64,000 nt of DNA from Parcubacteria group bacterium Gr01-1014_8 (GTDB lineage Bacteria > Patescibacteriota > Minisyncoccia > Phycocordibacterales > UBA2100): positions 1-64,000 of the forward strand of contig VMGC01000005.1 of the NCBI GenBank assembly GCA_007376385.1, in the 5' to 3' direction. Shown in pieces: positions 47,760 through 57,729 of this stretch. The position numbers were made by a program, and so were the translations under genes. Each line of letters begins with the position of its first letter. The stretch's first letter is position 1. The notes beneath the pieces were generated by a model. That model searched no databases, was not told where the DNA came from, and saw only the letters and a program-made list of their open reading frames with translations.

Positions 47760-48241
47760 CAGCAACCGATCATGAGGCTGCCTCCCGTTTGAATGCGTAT
47801 CATGCCGGGATCTTGTCGTATTGGGGGGCCGGCCTCCAGATACGCACACACTTTCCAGTTGTGGCTTGTTGCGGGGTATACGTTGCCCGTTTCTGTGAAT
47901 ACTGTGTATTCGCACGGGGCAGATGACGATGAAGTGCAGATTGCCGTCGGTCTCGTGGGGTCTTTGTATGCGCTAAGGTCGGGTCCGCTTCCAGCACATG
48001 TATAGGCTGCGTCGCCGGCCGCTGTGCAGCCTGTGAACACTATTGGGCGGCTGTTATCTTCTCTGAGAGCTACGGCATTCGCTATCTGGCGAAGGTCCTG
48101 GATCCGGCGTGAATCGCGACTCTTGATGCGAGCAGAACTCAATGCGACAAACGCGATAGATGCGAGGATCGCAATGATACTCACAACGACAAGAAGTTCG
48201 ATGAGACTGAAGCCGGATTCTTTGGGAGAAGTTCCTCTCAT
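47759..48241 (-). CDS. Type IV pilin (prepilin N-terminal methylation domain GFSLIELLVVVSIIAILA; Cys-rich C-terminus)
   Basis: Class III signal peptide read from the translation. Confidence 0.8.
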   Translation of the reverse strand: MRGTSPKESGFSLIELLVVVSIIAILASIAFVALSSARIKSRDSRRIQDLRQIANAVALREDNSRPIVFTGCTAAGDAAYTCAGSGPDLSAYKDPTRPTAICTSSSSAPCEYTVFTETGNVYPATSHNWKVCAYLEAGPPIRQDPGMIRIQTGGSLMIGC

Positions 48242-48300
48242 GATGCATTGAGTACGATTATTGTAGCCTTGTTTAGGTTCGGTACGGCCTGTTTTGTGGA

Positions 48301-48855
48301 CTAGTGCGATTGGTTTTGCGATGCGAATTCCATGAACGTTGCCAGGAATTTCTTCAGCGACGCGATTGTTCTCTCGTCTGTAAGTTCCAAGTTCTCATCG
48401 AATTTCTCCTTTGCTGCCCCAAGATAGAATTCCGGCTGGCCCATGACCTTTGCGTCGAAATAGCCAAGGACGCGGCGTACATCGTATTGCGCAAACGATG
48501 CTCCACGAGGACCAGAGGAAGCACCGAGTATGCCGACGGGTTTTTTATCCCACGACAGCGGGTCGCTCTCCGGCCTCGAACTCCAGTCGAGGAAGTTTTT
48601 TATAGGGCCCGATGGTGTGCGATTAAATTCTGGTACGGCAAGCAAAACTCCATCTGCGGCCTTTATTTTTTCACGAAGCTCAGCAGCCAAAACAGGGAAA
48701 TTCGAGGCTTCAAGGTCTTGATCAAAGACAGGGAGTCCATCAATAGAAACAATTTCAATGTTCACGCCTTCGGGAGCGAGTTTTTTTGCTGCTCGTAGAA
48801 GTGCCGAGTTGTACGAGGCTTTTCGAAGACTGCCGGAAAATGCGACGATGTTCAT
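48301..48855 (-). CDS. NAD(P)H-dependent FMN reductase family oxidoreductase
   Basis: MNIVAFSGSLRKASYNSALL flavodoxin-like N-terminus. Confidence 0.7.
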   Translation of the reverse strand: MNIVAFSGSLRKASYNSALLRAAKKLAPEGVNIEIVSIDGLPVFDQDLEASNFPVLAAELREKIKAADGVLLAVPEFNRTPSGPIKNFLDWSSRPESDPLSWDKKPVGILGASSGPRGASFAQYDVRRVLGYFDAKVMGQPEFYLGAAKEKFDENLELTDERTIASLKKFLATFMEFASQNQSH

Positions 48856-48982
48856 ACTAGTGGGAGTATACACGTATCGTGGGCAGTCTGCTCAATGTTC
48901 CTGAAATATGAACATACCATCTTGTAGCCGGTCGGCACCATTAAGGTATGCTGAGTCTTTCGAAAAGTCGTGATACGAAAGG

Positions 48983-50635
48983 TTAAACACTCGTTTTCAC
49001 CATGTATTTTTCAATATCTGCTACGGTGCCTACGACTTTCTTACCGGGATTGAAAACGTTGTGAGGATCGAAGATGTGTTTCGTCTGCGAAAAGAGCTCG
49101 AGCATCTTTGGAGAGAACATTTCACTCAAAAAGGGCGTACGGATGATGCCGTCGTTATGTTCACCCGTCGTCGAGCCGTGATATTTTTTCACCAGTTCAT
49201 ACACCTTTGGGGCGAGTTCCAGGATCGTTCCGTGTACGTCTGGTTTTGAGAGATCCACGAGCGGGAATATATGAAAATTACCGTTGCCGATGTGTCCCGT
49301 GACGGCGTATATAAATTTCTCTTTATCAAGGAGGGCAAATAGTTGCGGAAGAAATTCAGGGTATGTTTGCGGAGGCACCACGAAATCATCAATAAACGCA
49401 GCAGCCGTAAGTCCGGGGAGTTTTTTTCTCAGGATAGCGAATGCTTCTCGTCTAACGACCCAGTATTTCTCCGCGGCTTTTTTATTTCTGGCGATGCGCG
49501 CTTCAACAGCGAGTCCCTCGAGGGCTCTCTCGGCTGCGAGCGCTCTGTGGAGCGCTTTTACCTGCGTATCTTCAGAAAATTCTGCCATCAATACAAGTTT
49601 TGGTATGCCGCCGCGCAATACGAGACCTACTTCCGGCAGGAAAGAGAAACCGAGGCGTATTGCTCTTGAGAGTCCCATTTGTGCTAAGAGTTGCGGAAGC
49701 AACCTTATCGCAAGTTTGAACGTATGGTCATCATAGGATTCGAATGATTCCGGATCGTTTTCAAGGATACGACGAACAACTTCCGGCAGTATCGCGAGGT
49801 CAGACAAAAATATGACAAGCATAGAACGATGCCGTCTTAACGTCACAAGTCCCAGCTTCATACGCGTCACGAGTCCCAGCGTTCCCTGCGAGCCAGTGAT
49901 GAGTTTCGTGAGGTCGAACACGTCGCTTTCCCGATCGTACACATTCCAAAGCGCATACCCAGCGGAGTTTTTTGATACGCGAGGCGTTGCAGCTCTTATT
50001 TCCTGCCAATTATTTTGGATGAGCTCATGCATGCGGCGGTAGACTTCACCCTCGAAATTCTGCTCCTCTTTTTTTGATTCGAGGTCATTTCGGGAGAGCG
50101 GGCGGATGGTTGCTTTTGAACCGTCGGAGAGAATAACGTCCAGCTCGCGAACATAGCGGTCCGTTTTGCCATAGCGAAGAGTGAGTTCGCCTGCAGAGTT
50201 ATTGGAGACAATGCCGCCGAGCGCGCATAACTCGCGCGAGGCTGGGTACGAGGGGAGCAGCATGCCCGTTTTTTCCAGTGTTTGTTTCTCGAAATCACGG
50301 TAGTACATGCCGGGCTCTGCGACGGCATAGTCCGAACCGACGTCAAACATACGGTTCATGTATTTAGTGAACGAAACGACTATCGAGTCCGTGAGAGGTC
50401 CGCCAGACATGTCGGTTCCCGCACAGCGGCCAGTTACCGAGATATGTTGGCCTTTCTTCTTCTCTTGCGCGACAAATTTCACCACGGCAGCGACATCGTC
50501 GGCGTTTTTGGGGTACACGACGAGCGAAGGCTTCCGTTCAAAAATACTGGTATCGCGGCTGAAATCGTGCAGAGTTTTTATGTCGTCAGCGACGTCTCCT
50601 TTTATGAGAGCGGCGACCTTCTCGCGAAGCATCAT
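48983..50635 (-). CDS. FAD-linked oxidase (GlcD/D-lactate dehydrogenase family)
   Basis: FAD-binding PCMH-type domain + C-terminal oxidase domain. Confidence 0.75.
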   Translation of the reverse strand: MMLREKVAALIKGDVADDIKTLHDFSRDTSIFERKPSLVVYPKNADDVAAVVKFVAQEKKKGQHISVTGRCAGTDMSGGPLTDSIVVSFTKYMNRMFDVGSDYAVAEPGMYYRDFEKQTLEKTGMLLPSYPASRELCALGGIVSNNSAGELTLRYGKTDRYVRELDVILSDGSKATIRPLSRNDLESKKEEQNFEGEVYRRMHELIQNNWQEIRAATPRVSKNSAGYALWNVYDRESDVFDLTKLITGSQGTLGLVTRMKLGLVTLRRHRSMLVIFLSDLAILPEVVRRILENDPESFESYDDHTFKLAIRLLPQLLAQMGLSRAIRLGFSFLPEVGLVLRGGIPKLVLMAEFSEDTQVKALHRALAAERALEGLAVEARIARNKKAAEKYWVVRREAFAILRKKLPGLTAAAFIDDFVVPPQTYPEFLPQLFALLDKEKFIYAVTGHIGNGNFHIFPLVDLSKPDVHGTILELAPKVYELVKKYHGSTTGEHNDGIIRTPFLSEMFSPKMLELFSQTKHIFDPHNVFNPGKKVVGTVADIEKYMVKTSV

Positions 50636-50737
50636 CGGAAAATTATAGCCCGACGAAGCGAGTGAAGCGAGAGCTTTGTTCTCGTTTCCGAGTAAGCGCA
50701 GATCAAACGAAAACGGCGACTATCTTATGGAGAGTCT

Positions 50738-52096
50738 CTATTTTTTCTTCTCCAGGGTTTCGAGGAGTTTATCAATCAGTAATTCCGTCTCAGCAGGGTT
50801 TTGTACTTGTCGGGTATCCACGCCAGCTTCCATTACGGTATAATCGTTGCCGCCCGGGTAGATGGCGTCTCCGATAAAAAGCATTTCTTTCGGCTGCACA
50901 CCTAAATTTTTTGCTAGCCAGAGAGCGCCGTAGGCTTTATTGATGCCTTTTGGAGTGATATCGATGGTCGTTGTTCCGCCGATGCCAAGTTCAAATTCCG
51001 GCAATCGTTTGTGAAGTGCCTCTTTCAGTTTTTTGCGTTTCGTCATATCGGGGTCCCATGCTCTTTTTTCTGCTTGGGTCGCTTCGAGTCCGCATGCCGT
51101 GAATACTATCTTCGAATCTCTCTCGAGTATCTCGGGTCGATATTTCGGGTTTTCATCAATTATTTTTACCTCACCGAGCGCTTCCTTGACGGCAGCTACC
51201 ACTTTTGTCCGCTCCTCTCCGGTAAATTTCATATGGTATTGGCTTTTCCACGAGCCATCTTCGAGCATGTGTGCTTCCGCAGAGGCGTTTGAGAATACAT
51301 AGAGCCTTTTCGCATGAGGATGTTTCTCAAGGGCTGGGAGAAACGCTTTTTCAATACGGGTGAACCCCGCCGATGAAAGGATGGCGACGGGAACGTGTTC
51401 AAGAAGGCGAGAAAGTTTGTCCACCATGTCAGGCGTTGGCGGTTGCCAGCTCTCGGCGAGCGTGTCGTCTAGGTCAAAGAGCACTGCCCGCGGAGATTTG
51501 AGATGGCTGTATCGATGTTTCCAAAACTCTCGCGCTAGGGGAAGGGTAGTGACGAAAATAATAGCGAGGACGACAAATTCGATATAATCGGCGGTTTGCG
51601 GTAGTACTTCTCCGAGCGTGTAGCCGAGGTACGATATACCGCTGGCCCAGAGCGCGCCTCCAAGCATGTTGTAGAACATGAATGTGCGATAATCCATGTT
51701 CGCAACGCCTGCGAGAATGGGTGCGAACGTGCGGACAATGGGGACAAAACGTGCGAAAAAAATTGTACGCGTGCCATATTTCGCATAGAAACGTTTGGTG
51801 CGCTCCAGGTATTCTTGCTTAAAAAAACGTGAATTAGGTTTCTCGAAAAAACGAACTCCGACTTTTGCTCCGAACCAGTATCCAACGTTGTCTCCAAGTA
51901 TTGCGGCGATGGCGACCAAGGGCACGATGATACGGATATCAAGAAATCCCTGGGACGCCAAAAAGCCCGCGGTAAAGAGGAGGCTCGCACCGGGAAGAAA
52001 GAAACCTATGATAAGACCGGATTCGGCGAAAATGATGGCGAACAGGCCTGGATAGCCGATGAGCTGTATCAGCTGGCCCAAATCATAAGGGAGCAT
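50738..52096 (-). CDS. DedA/SNARE-associated membrane domain fused to a HAD-superfamily hydrolase domain
   Basis: N-terminal DedA TM region; C-terminal DxDxT (VLFDLDDTL) and GDAIYPGGNDY HAD motifs. Confidence 0.7.
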   Translation of the reverse strand: MLPYDLGQLIQLIGYPGLFAIIFAESGLIIGFFLPGASLLFTAGFLASQGFLDIRIIVPLVAIAAILGDNVGYWFGAKVGVRFFEKPNSRFFKQEYLERTKRFYAKYGTRTIFFARFVPIVRTFAPILAGVANMDYRTFMFYNMLGGALWASGISYLGYTLGEVLPQTADYIEFVVLAIIFVTTLPLAREFWKHRYSHLKSPRAVLFDLDDTLAESWQPPTPDMVDKLSRLLEHVPVAILSSAGFTRIEKAFLPALEKHPHAKRLYVFSNASAEAHMLEDGSWKSQYHMKFTGEERTKVVAAVKEALGEVKIIDENPKYRPEILERDSKIVFTACGLEATQAEKRAWDPDMTKRKKLKEALHKRLPEFELGIGGTTTIDITPKGINKAYGALWLAKNLGVQPKEMLFIGDAIYPGGNDYTVMEAGVDTRQVQNPAETELLIDKLLETLEKKK

Positions 52097-52105
52097 GGGC
52101 TGATA

Positions 52106-53380
52106 CTACACGAAAGAGTCAGGAATGGGGAATTTCTTGCACATCTTTCGGATGTCTTCGCGTACCCGTCTGTGGATTTTTTTATCACTTTTGTTTTCAA
52201 GTGTCTCTATCATGAGTTCCGCCACTTTTGCGCACTCTTTTTCTTTGAAGCCGCGCGTCGTGATGGCGGGCGTGCCAAAGCGGATACCTGACGGGTCCAT
52301 GGGGCCGCGCGTGTCGTCTGCGATCGAATTCTTGTTGAGCGTGATGCCGACTTCGTCGAGAAGCGTCTCTGCTTCTTTTCCGGGGATGCCAAGCGAACCG
52401 TAGACGTCGGCGAGAATGAGGTGGCTGTCCGTACCGCCCGTTATCATTCGAATATTACTTATCTTGAACACCTTTTCCATCGCCTTTGCGTTTTTTAAGA
52501 TTTGTTTGGCATACGTGCGGTACGCAGGTTTCAATGCTTCGCCGAAACAAACTGCCTTTGCAGCGATGGTATTCATCAGGGGTCCTCCCTGAAGTCCGGG
52601 AAAGATGGATTTATCTATCTTCTTCGCGATTGTTTCGTCTTCACGTGTGAGGATCATACCGCCGCGAGGCCCCCGCAGCGTCTTGTGCGTCGTTGTGGTC
52701 ATGATGTCGAAGCCATCGTCAAACGGATTTCTCATCGCTTTGCCCGCGATAAGTCCTGCGATGTGTGCGATGTCCATAACAGCGAGAGCGCCGACTTCCC
52801 GTGCGATCTCGACAAATTTTTTGTAGTTGAGTTCGCGCGGATATGCAGAGTAGCCGGCAAGGACTATTTTTGGCTTCTCGCGCTTTGCGACGTGCAGCAT
52901 CTCGTCGTAGTCTATCTCACCCGTATCGACATTTTTCATTTTGTAACGTACGAATTTGTATATCTTTGTGAGATATGTGACGGGGTGTCCATGCGTAAGG
53001 TGACCGCCATGCGAGAGGTCCATGCCGAGGATAGTGTCTCCCGGTTCGAGGAGCGCAAAATACATACCAACGTTTGCCGGTGCCCCGGCATGCGGCTGGA
53101 CGTTGACGAATGTGCAGTTGAAGAGTTTCTTGGCTCGGTCCCGTGCAATGTCCTCGACAATGTCGGTGTATTTCTGACCGCCATAATAGCGCCTGCCGGG
53201 GTAGCCTTCTGAATATTTATTCGTGAGGTTCGAGCTGTTTGCTTCGCGAACTGCCTGAGAGACGTAGTTTTCGGAGGGAATCAATTCGAGGCCTTCTGCT
53301 TGTCGCTCTTCCTCGCCCATAAGCGCTTTGTATACGATCGGGTCTTGTTTTTTGACGTGTGGATATAATTTCTTGTTCAT
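52106..53380 (-). CDS. glyA: Serine hydroxymethyltransferase
   Basis: ELIPSENYVS, TTTHKTLRGPRGG (PLP Lys). Start at MNKKLYP. Confidence 0.9.
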   Translation of the reverse strand: MNKKLYPHVKKQDPIVYKALMGEEERQAEGLELIPSENYVSQAVREANSSNLTNKYSEGYPGRRYYGGQKYTDIVEDIARDRAKKLFNCTFVNVQPHAGAPANVGMYFALLEPGDTILGMDLSHGGHLTHGHPVTYLTKIYKFVRYKMKNVDTGEIDYDEMLHVAKREKPKIVLAGYSAYPRELNYKKFVEIAREVGALAVMDIAHIAGLIAGKAMRNPFDDGFDIMTTTTHKTLRGPRGGMILTREDETIAKKIDKSIFPGLQGGPLMNTIAAKAVCFGEALKPAYRTYAKQILKNAKAMEKVFKISNIRMITGGTDSHLILADVYGSLGIPGKEAETLLDEVGITLNKNSIADDTRGPMDPSGIRFGTPAITTRGFKEKECAKVAELMIETLENKSDKKIHRRVREDIRKMCKKFPIPDSFV

Positions 53381-53421
53381 AAGAAAATGTTGGCGGCTAA
53401 AAGTTATGTAAGGCACCTAAA

Positions 53422-54447
53422 TCATATGCGAATTATATTTTCTTTTTTCTGTTCCTCAAAACCTCCGATCGTCGCGATATCAGCCTTGAGGGATGGATGT
53501 GATCTGTAGTTCTCGAGTGTAATGTCGGCTTGGGTAAATGTATCAATATCCTTCACGCCGGGATTCAGGCGAACCGTTGGGAAAGGGTATGGGTCGCGCT
53601 CCACTTGTTCTTTCATTTGGTCGAAGTGGTTCGAGTAGATATGTACATCGCCGAATGTATGTACAAACTCTCCCGGCGGGATGTTCGTCACTTGAGATAC
53701 TAAGAGAAGCAGCAACGAGTAGCTTGCGATATTGAACGGGACACCAAGAAAAAGATCTGCGGAGCGCTGGTACAAGCCCAAATTGAGCTTGCCGTTTGCG
53801 ACCTGGAACTGGAACATCGTGTGGCAGAACGGCGGAACATGCGATTTTTGTCCTTCCGAGGCCATTTCGTAAATGAAATCGGGATTCCAAGCGCTTACGA
53901 CGTACGATTTGCGGTCCGGCTTTGACTTCAGCCCGGAAATAACCCAACTTAATTGATCTATCTCACGCCCATCTTTTGCAGGCCAGCGGCGCCACATGCG
54001 GCCGTAAATTGTAATAAGGTCTGCCCATTTTACGACGAATGGGTCGCTCGCGGGCGTCTCTGTAAGCTTCGCAATGAATTCCTGCTGGGTCGCGTACTTC
54101 TGTTTCTCCGTATTCCACATCTGATAGTGCTTCCATGCCCACTCATCCCAGATATGAATATTCTGGTCGAGGAGCGGCTTGATGTTCGAGTTTCCTGAAA
54201 GGAACCACAGTAGTTCGACGACGATGCCGCGCCAGAACGTCTTTTTTGTCGTCAGGAGGGGAAAGTCTTTGCTGACATCGAAACGAATTTGCCGTCCAAA
54301 AACGGACCTGATGAACGGCGGCTTTTCACCCTTCTGTGTGTATCCTTCCAGAACGACGTTATTAAAGAAAAGTTCTTTGTCCGCGCCGTTCTTTAGTATA
54401 TCCCGGCAAAGATCTAGGTATTGAAATTCTGGATGGCGCACGCTCAT
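53422..54447 (-). CDS. thyA: Thymidylate synthase (ThyA type, long form)
   Basis: PPFCHTMFQFQV…LYQRSADLFLGVPFNIASYSLL active-site region. Confidence 0.85.
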   Translation of the reverse strand: MSVRHPEFQYLDLCRDILKNGADKELFFNNVVLEGYTQKGEKPPFIRSVFGRQIRFDVSKDFPLLTTKKTFWRGIVVELLWFLSGNSNIKPLLDQNIHIWDEWAWKHYQMWNTEKQKYATQQEFIAKLTETPASDPFVVKWADLITIYGRMWRRWPAKDGREIDQLSWVISGLKSKPDRKSYVVSAWNPDFIYEMASEGQKSHVPPFCHTMFQFQVANGKLNLGLYQRSADLFLGVPFNIASYSLLLLLVSQVTNIPPGEFVHTFGDVHIYSNHFDQMKEQVERDPYPFPTVRLNPGVKDIDTFTQADITLENYRSHPSLKADIATIGGFEEQKKENIIRI

Positions 54448-54459
54448 GTTTGGAGGATA

Positions 54460-55023
54460 TCACAATTTCTTCCGCCTGTTTTTACGTTTAGCGGGGGCAA
54501 AATGCTTCCAGTTGTCCTTGGCGAAACGACCAACCTCCTTATAGCTTTGTTCTGGCGGAGAGGTGAGTTCGGAAAAGGTCAGCTGTGCAATGTCCATGCC
54601 GGGGCGCAAGATGATGGGTACCGTGTTTTGATTAGTGAGCTCAAGGGTGATGTTGAGGAAGTGACCGGGATTTATGATGCCGGCGGTGTTGTGAACCATA
54701 AGACCGATGCGTGCAAGAGATGATTTACCGCTGAGTTGGATGAGGTAATCATTCGAACCAAAGAACTCTTTCGACGCTGCGAGCACCGATATTCCGGGGC
54801 GGAGGATGAATTCATGACCGTCTTTCACTTTAACTTCGCGGGTTTTTCCATACATTCGTTTTTGAGGGTCGATGAAGTCCGTCGCGTAGATGTCACTCAG
54901 CTGGAAAGCATTTCCAAGGCGGATGTCGTAGGTTGCTGGCTGAAGTCTTTTGCGGTCAAATGGCTTGATAGTGATCGTGCCTGCTTTCACGGCTTTCTCG
55001 ATATCGGTGTCGGAGAGATACAT
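54460..55023 (-). CDS. dcd: dCTP deaminase
   Basis: MYLSDTDIEK…LQPATYDIRLG. The ORF-track N-terminal 92-aa extension is rejected. Confidence 0.8.
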   Translation of the reverse strand: MYLSDTDIEKAVKAGTITIKPFDRKRLQPATYDIRLGNAFQLSDIYATDFIDPQKRMYGKTREVKVKDGHEFILRPGISVLAASKEFFGSNDYLIQLSGKSSLARIGLMVHNTAGIINPGHFLNITLELTNQNTVPIILRPGMDIAQLTFSELTSPPEQSYKEVGRFAKDNWKHFAPAKRKNRRKKL

Positions 55024-55034
55024 AGTCGGATGGG

Positions 55035-55709
55035 CTATTCTATAACAAAAATCTTTTCCGTGCCGTAGTATTCCGGCCAATGTTGATTGTAATAGGCGAA
55101 CATGCGGGCGAGGCGGTCTTGTTTTAATTCGTCGACATGTAGTTCCTGCATGAGGTTTCGTATCTCTCCCTCGACCTGTTTTGTCTCTGTGCCGGTGTCG
55201 ACGACACGTTCGAATTCGGCCAGCCATCCATATCCAGCATTTTTGTCGAGCGTAACGTTCGTCCCCTTGCATACATACTCTTCGCGCTCTCGTGACCACT
55301 TAGCTTCGTATTCAAAACCCGACGATATGACAAGTTTATCGAGCTCATTCAGCGTGAGCGGCACCTTCTCCTCAAACTCCTGGCGAGAAATACCGTTTGC
55401 GCTCGTTGTATCGTCCACTGATGCTTTTACAACCAAGAGTACAGTTCCGTCCTTATCGCGGGTACGTACAGAAAATTCCTTTGCGTGCTCAGCTAGGTCG
55501 TTTAGCCGCGTTTGCGCATCTTTTGATAGGAAGGGTGCTGCAGCTTCGCTGAGCTTAGCTAAGGTCCCACTCTTGAAATAGTGGTTGAGTTGTTTATTTC
55601 TTGATCGCAGTTTAACGCTTGAGTCTGCCGCCCTCATCGCTGCGCGCACCTCGTTTGCTCTCTCAGATGACCCGAGAAGCGATTTTATCTCAACTTCGAT
55701 GGAATGCAT
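55035..55709 (-). CDS. CYTH-domain protein (class IV adenylyl cyclase / triphosphate tunnel metalloenzyme-like)
   Basis: N-terminal ExExK (IEVEIK) and overall CYTH-like size and charge pattern. Confidence 0.5.
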   Translation of the reverse strand: MHSIEVEIKSLLGSSERANEVRAAMRAADSSVKLRSRNKQLNHYFKSGTLAKLSEAAAPFLSKDAQTRLNDLAEHAKEFSVRTRDKDGTVLLVVKASVDDTTSANGISRQEFEEKVPLTLNELDKLVISSGFEYEAKWSREREEYVCKGTNVTLDKNAGYGWLAEFERVVDTGTETKQVEGEIRNLMQELHVDELKQDRLARMFAYYNQHWPEYYGTEKIFVIE

Positions 55710-55721
55710 TGTCAGAGTATA

Positions 55722-56252
55722 TCAATTCGAGACCTTATACCGAAGAAGAAGGGTCCCGCTTTTGTTCAGCTTTTTGAAACCGATGAATCGCAGCTGTATT
55801 TGTTTGAATGTGCCGTCGAGTATTGGAAGTCCTGCGCCAAATGCCTTCGGCTCAACGGTAACGTGGATCTCTGAGACGAGCTTAGCCTTAAGGAACGCCG
55901 CGTTCAGCCGCGGACCTCCTGCAAGCACTGCCTGTCGGTATCCTGCTTTTTCGAGCGCAGCGATCAGGCGGACAGGCGAGAGCGAAGTGAATTCGAGTTG
56001 TCCCTTAACCTCATCTTTTTTAAGTTTCCAGGGTTGACTGGTCATCACGAGCCGGCGAATTTTTGATACAAGTTTCAATTGCCTGCGGTGCGCAAGGTAT
56101 GTATTGCGCCCAATGATAACAACGCCAAGTTTTCGGATGAGACTCCGAAAATATTTCTGGTCCTCTGCGGATGCCCAGACATGGGGCTGTTCTCCGCGCG
56201 GACCCGTGATCCTTCCATCTGCGGACGCGACGACAGCGAGGATAGTTTTCAT
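55722..56252 (-). CDS. RibD C-terminal domain / dihydrofolate-reductase-like reductase
   Basis: DHFR-like fold signature …VVIIGRNTY…LAGGPRL…. Confidence 0.6.
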   Translation of the reverse strand: MKTILAVVASADGRITGPRGEQPHVWASAEDQKYFRSLIRKLGVVIIGRNTYLAHRRQLKLVSKIRRLVMTSQPWKLKKDEVKGQLEFTSLSPVRLIAALEKAGYRQAVLAGGPRLNAAFLKAKLVSEIHVTVEPKAFGAGLPILDGTFKQIQLRFIGFKKLNKSGTLLLRYKVSN

Positions 56253-56258
56253 GGGTTT

Positions 56259-56900
56259 TTAGGCAGGATCACGCTTGAGCCAGTGAACGCCTGCGTACAC
56301 AAGCGGTGTTACAAGTGCGGACATGACGTTTTTCAACATCCAATACGGAAGGATGATGCTCCAAAGAAACGCGGCATTATCACCGAACGATGTACCGAAC
56401 GAATAGAACGCGAGAACAATGAATACGACCGTGTCGACGAATTGCGCCAGAATATTCGAGACATTGTTGCGGAGCCACAATTTTGAAGCTCCGAGCGCTT
56501 GCCGTATACGCGAGAACAGATAGACGTCGAAGAATTGCGAAATGGCGAACGCTGCAAGCGAGGCGAGGGACATGCGGATAGAGAACGTGAAGATGGTGTC
56601 ATACGCGGCTTCTGATGAAGCGAATCGTGTGGAAGGCGGAAGCGCGGTAACTAAGAGCGCATAGAGGAGAAGGAGCACTATGGCAAAAAGACCGGAGCGA
56701 ACGACGCTGCGGGCGCGTGCGGGCCCGAATACTTCCGTGATGATGTCGTTGATGGAAAATATGAGCGGGACCGTGAAAATCGCAACTGATGCGTTAAGTC
56801 GGAACGGCCACTCCAAAAGCGGAAACGTTTTCGCGCCCATTAACTCGGCTGCGGCAACGCAGAAAATGTAGACAGCGATGAGCAGGTCCATCCTTCTCAT
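56259..56900 (-). CDS. YhhQ/VUT-family membrane transporter (queuosine-precursor transporter-like)
   Basis: LIAVYIFCVAAAELMGAKTFPLL…PLIFSINDIITEVFG matches the YhhQ family. Start at MRRMDLL. Confidence 0.6.
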   Translation of the reverse strand: MRRMDLLIAVYIFCVAAAELMGAKTFPLLEWPFRLNASVAIFTVPLIFSINDIITEVFGPARARSVVRSGLFAIVLLLLYALLVTALPPSTRFASSEAAYDTIFTFSIRMSLASLAAFAISQFFDVYLFSRIRQALGASKLWLRNNVSNILAQFVDTVVFIVLAFYSFGTSFGDNAAFLWSIILPYWMLKNVMSALVTPLVYAGVHWLKRDPA

Positions 56901-56957
56901 CCCAAAGAACGTCGCTGAGGGACCTTGCACGCTTTGTGCGGGAGGCATGGCGGGCAG

Positions 56958-57060
56958 TATACCCCATGAGATAGGCACGTTCTACCATCTCGAGTGGCGG
57001 AATGTTGCGACGCCTGTTCAGATCTTCAAATAGAGAACTCATTTATCTCACGGGGTATAA
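56958..57060. repeat. IR element copy C (inverted orientation): GTATACCCCATGAGATA …68 nt… TTATCTCACGGGGTATAA
   Basis: Reverse complement matches copies A/B, including the G/T position. Confidence 0.6.
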
Positions 57061-57069
57061 CGTGCAAAT

Positions 57070-57699
57070 GTGCGACTGCAACAAGCGGGTATACTGAGAT
57101 GCATGGAGAAGGCGGAACGTTGTGCAATTCATAATCAGCGTCAGCCTTGTGGAATATGCCGGGTGCTGCGGAATCAAAGGATTGGCCCTGAAAAGGGCAC
57201 AGGAATAGTTTCCGCTATCGCGGCAATCGGAAAGAATAGAGAACTTGGAAAAGGAAATGAATTGTTGTGGCGCATACCTGATGATATGAAGCGGTTCAAG
57301 AAGCTCTCGATGGGGCATCCAATAATTCTCGGGCGAAAAACATTTGGATCCATCGTCAGGGCTATCGGGAAACCACTGCCTGGACGCACAAATATCGTGG
57401 TGACGCGTGATGCGAAGTGGTCGTACGACGAAGTAATTGTTGCAAAATCTCTTGAAGAAGCGCTAGAAAAGGCCAAAGGTGCACCTGGTTCGGAAGAGAT
57501 CATTATCGGCGGGGGCGCGCAGATATACAAACAAGCACTTCCGTACACAACCAGGCTCTATTTGACATTGATAGATGATGAGGGCGAGGCGGATTCTTTT
57601 TTTCCGGAGTATGAGGATGAGTTTACGATCAAGCTCAACGAGGAAAGGCACGAGTGGAACGGCTTGAAATACGTGTGGGTCGACCTCGAGAGAACTTGA
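57070..57699 (+). CDS. folA: Dihydrofolate reductase (true start probably near 57170; non-ATG start possible)
   Basis: IVSAIAAIGKNRELGKGNELLWRIPDDMKRFKKLSMGHPIILGRKTF DHFR core. Confidence 0.75.
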   Translation: MRLQQAGILRCMEKAERCAIHNQRQPCGICRVLRNQRIGPEKGTGIVSAIAAIGKNRELGKGNELLWRIPDDMKRFKKLSMGHPIILGRKTFGSIVRAIGKPLPGRTNIVVTRDAKWSYDEVIVAKSLEEALEKAKGAPGSEEIIIGGGAQIYKQALPYTTRLYLTLIDDEGEADSFFPEYEDEFTIKLNEERHEWNGLKYVWVDLERT

Positions 57700-57729
57700 A
57701 AACGAGGGGAAAATGGTGTACTCTCTGGC

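Noticed and set aside
54460-55299. 279-aa version of the dcd ORF
   Set aside because: The first 92 aa are Arg-rich nonsense upstream of the conserved dCTP-deaminase N-terminus MYLSDTDIEK. Start moved to 55023.
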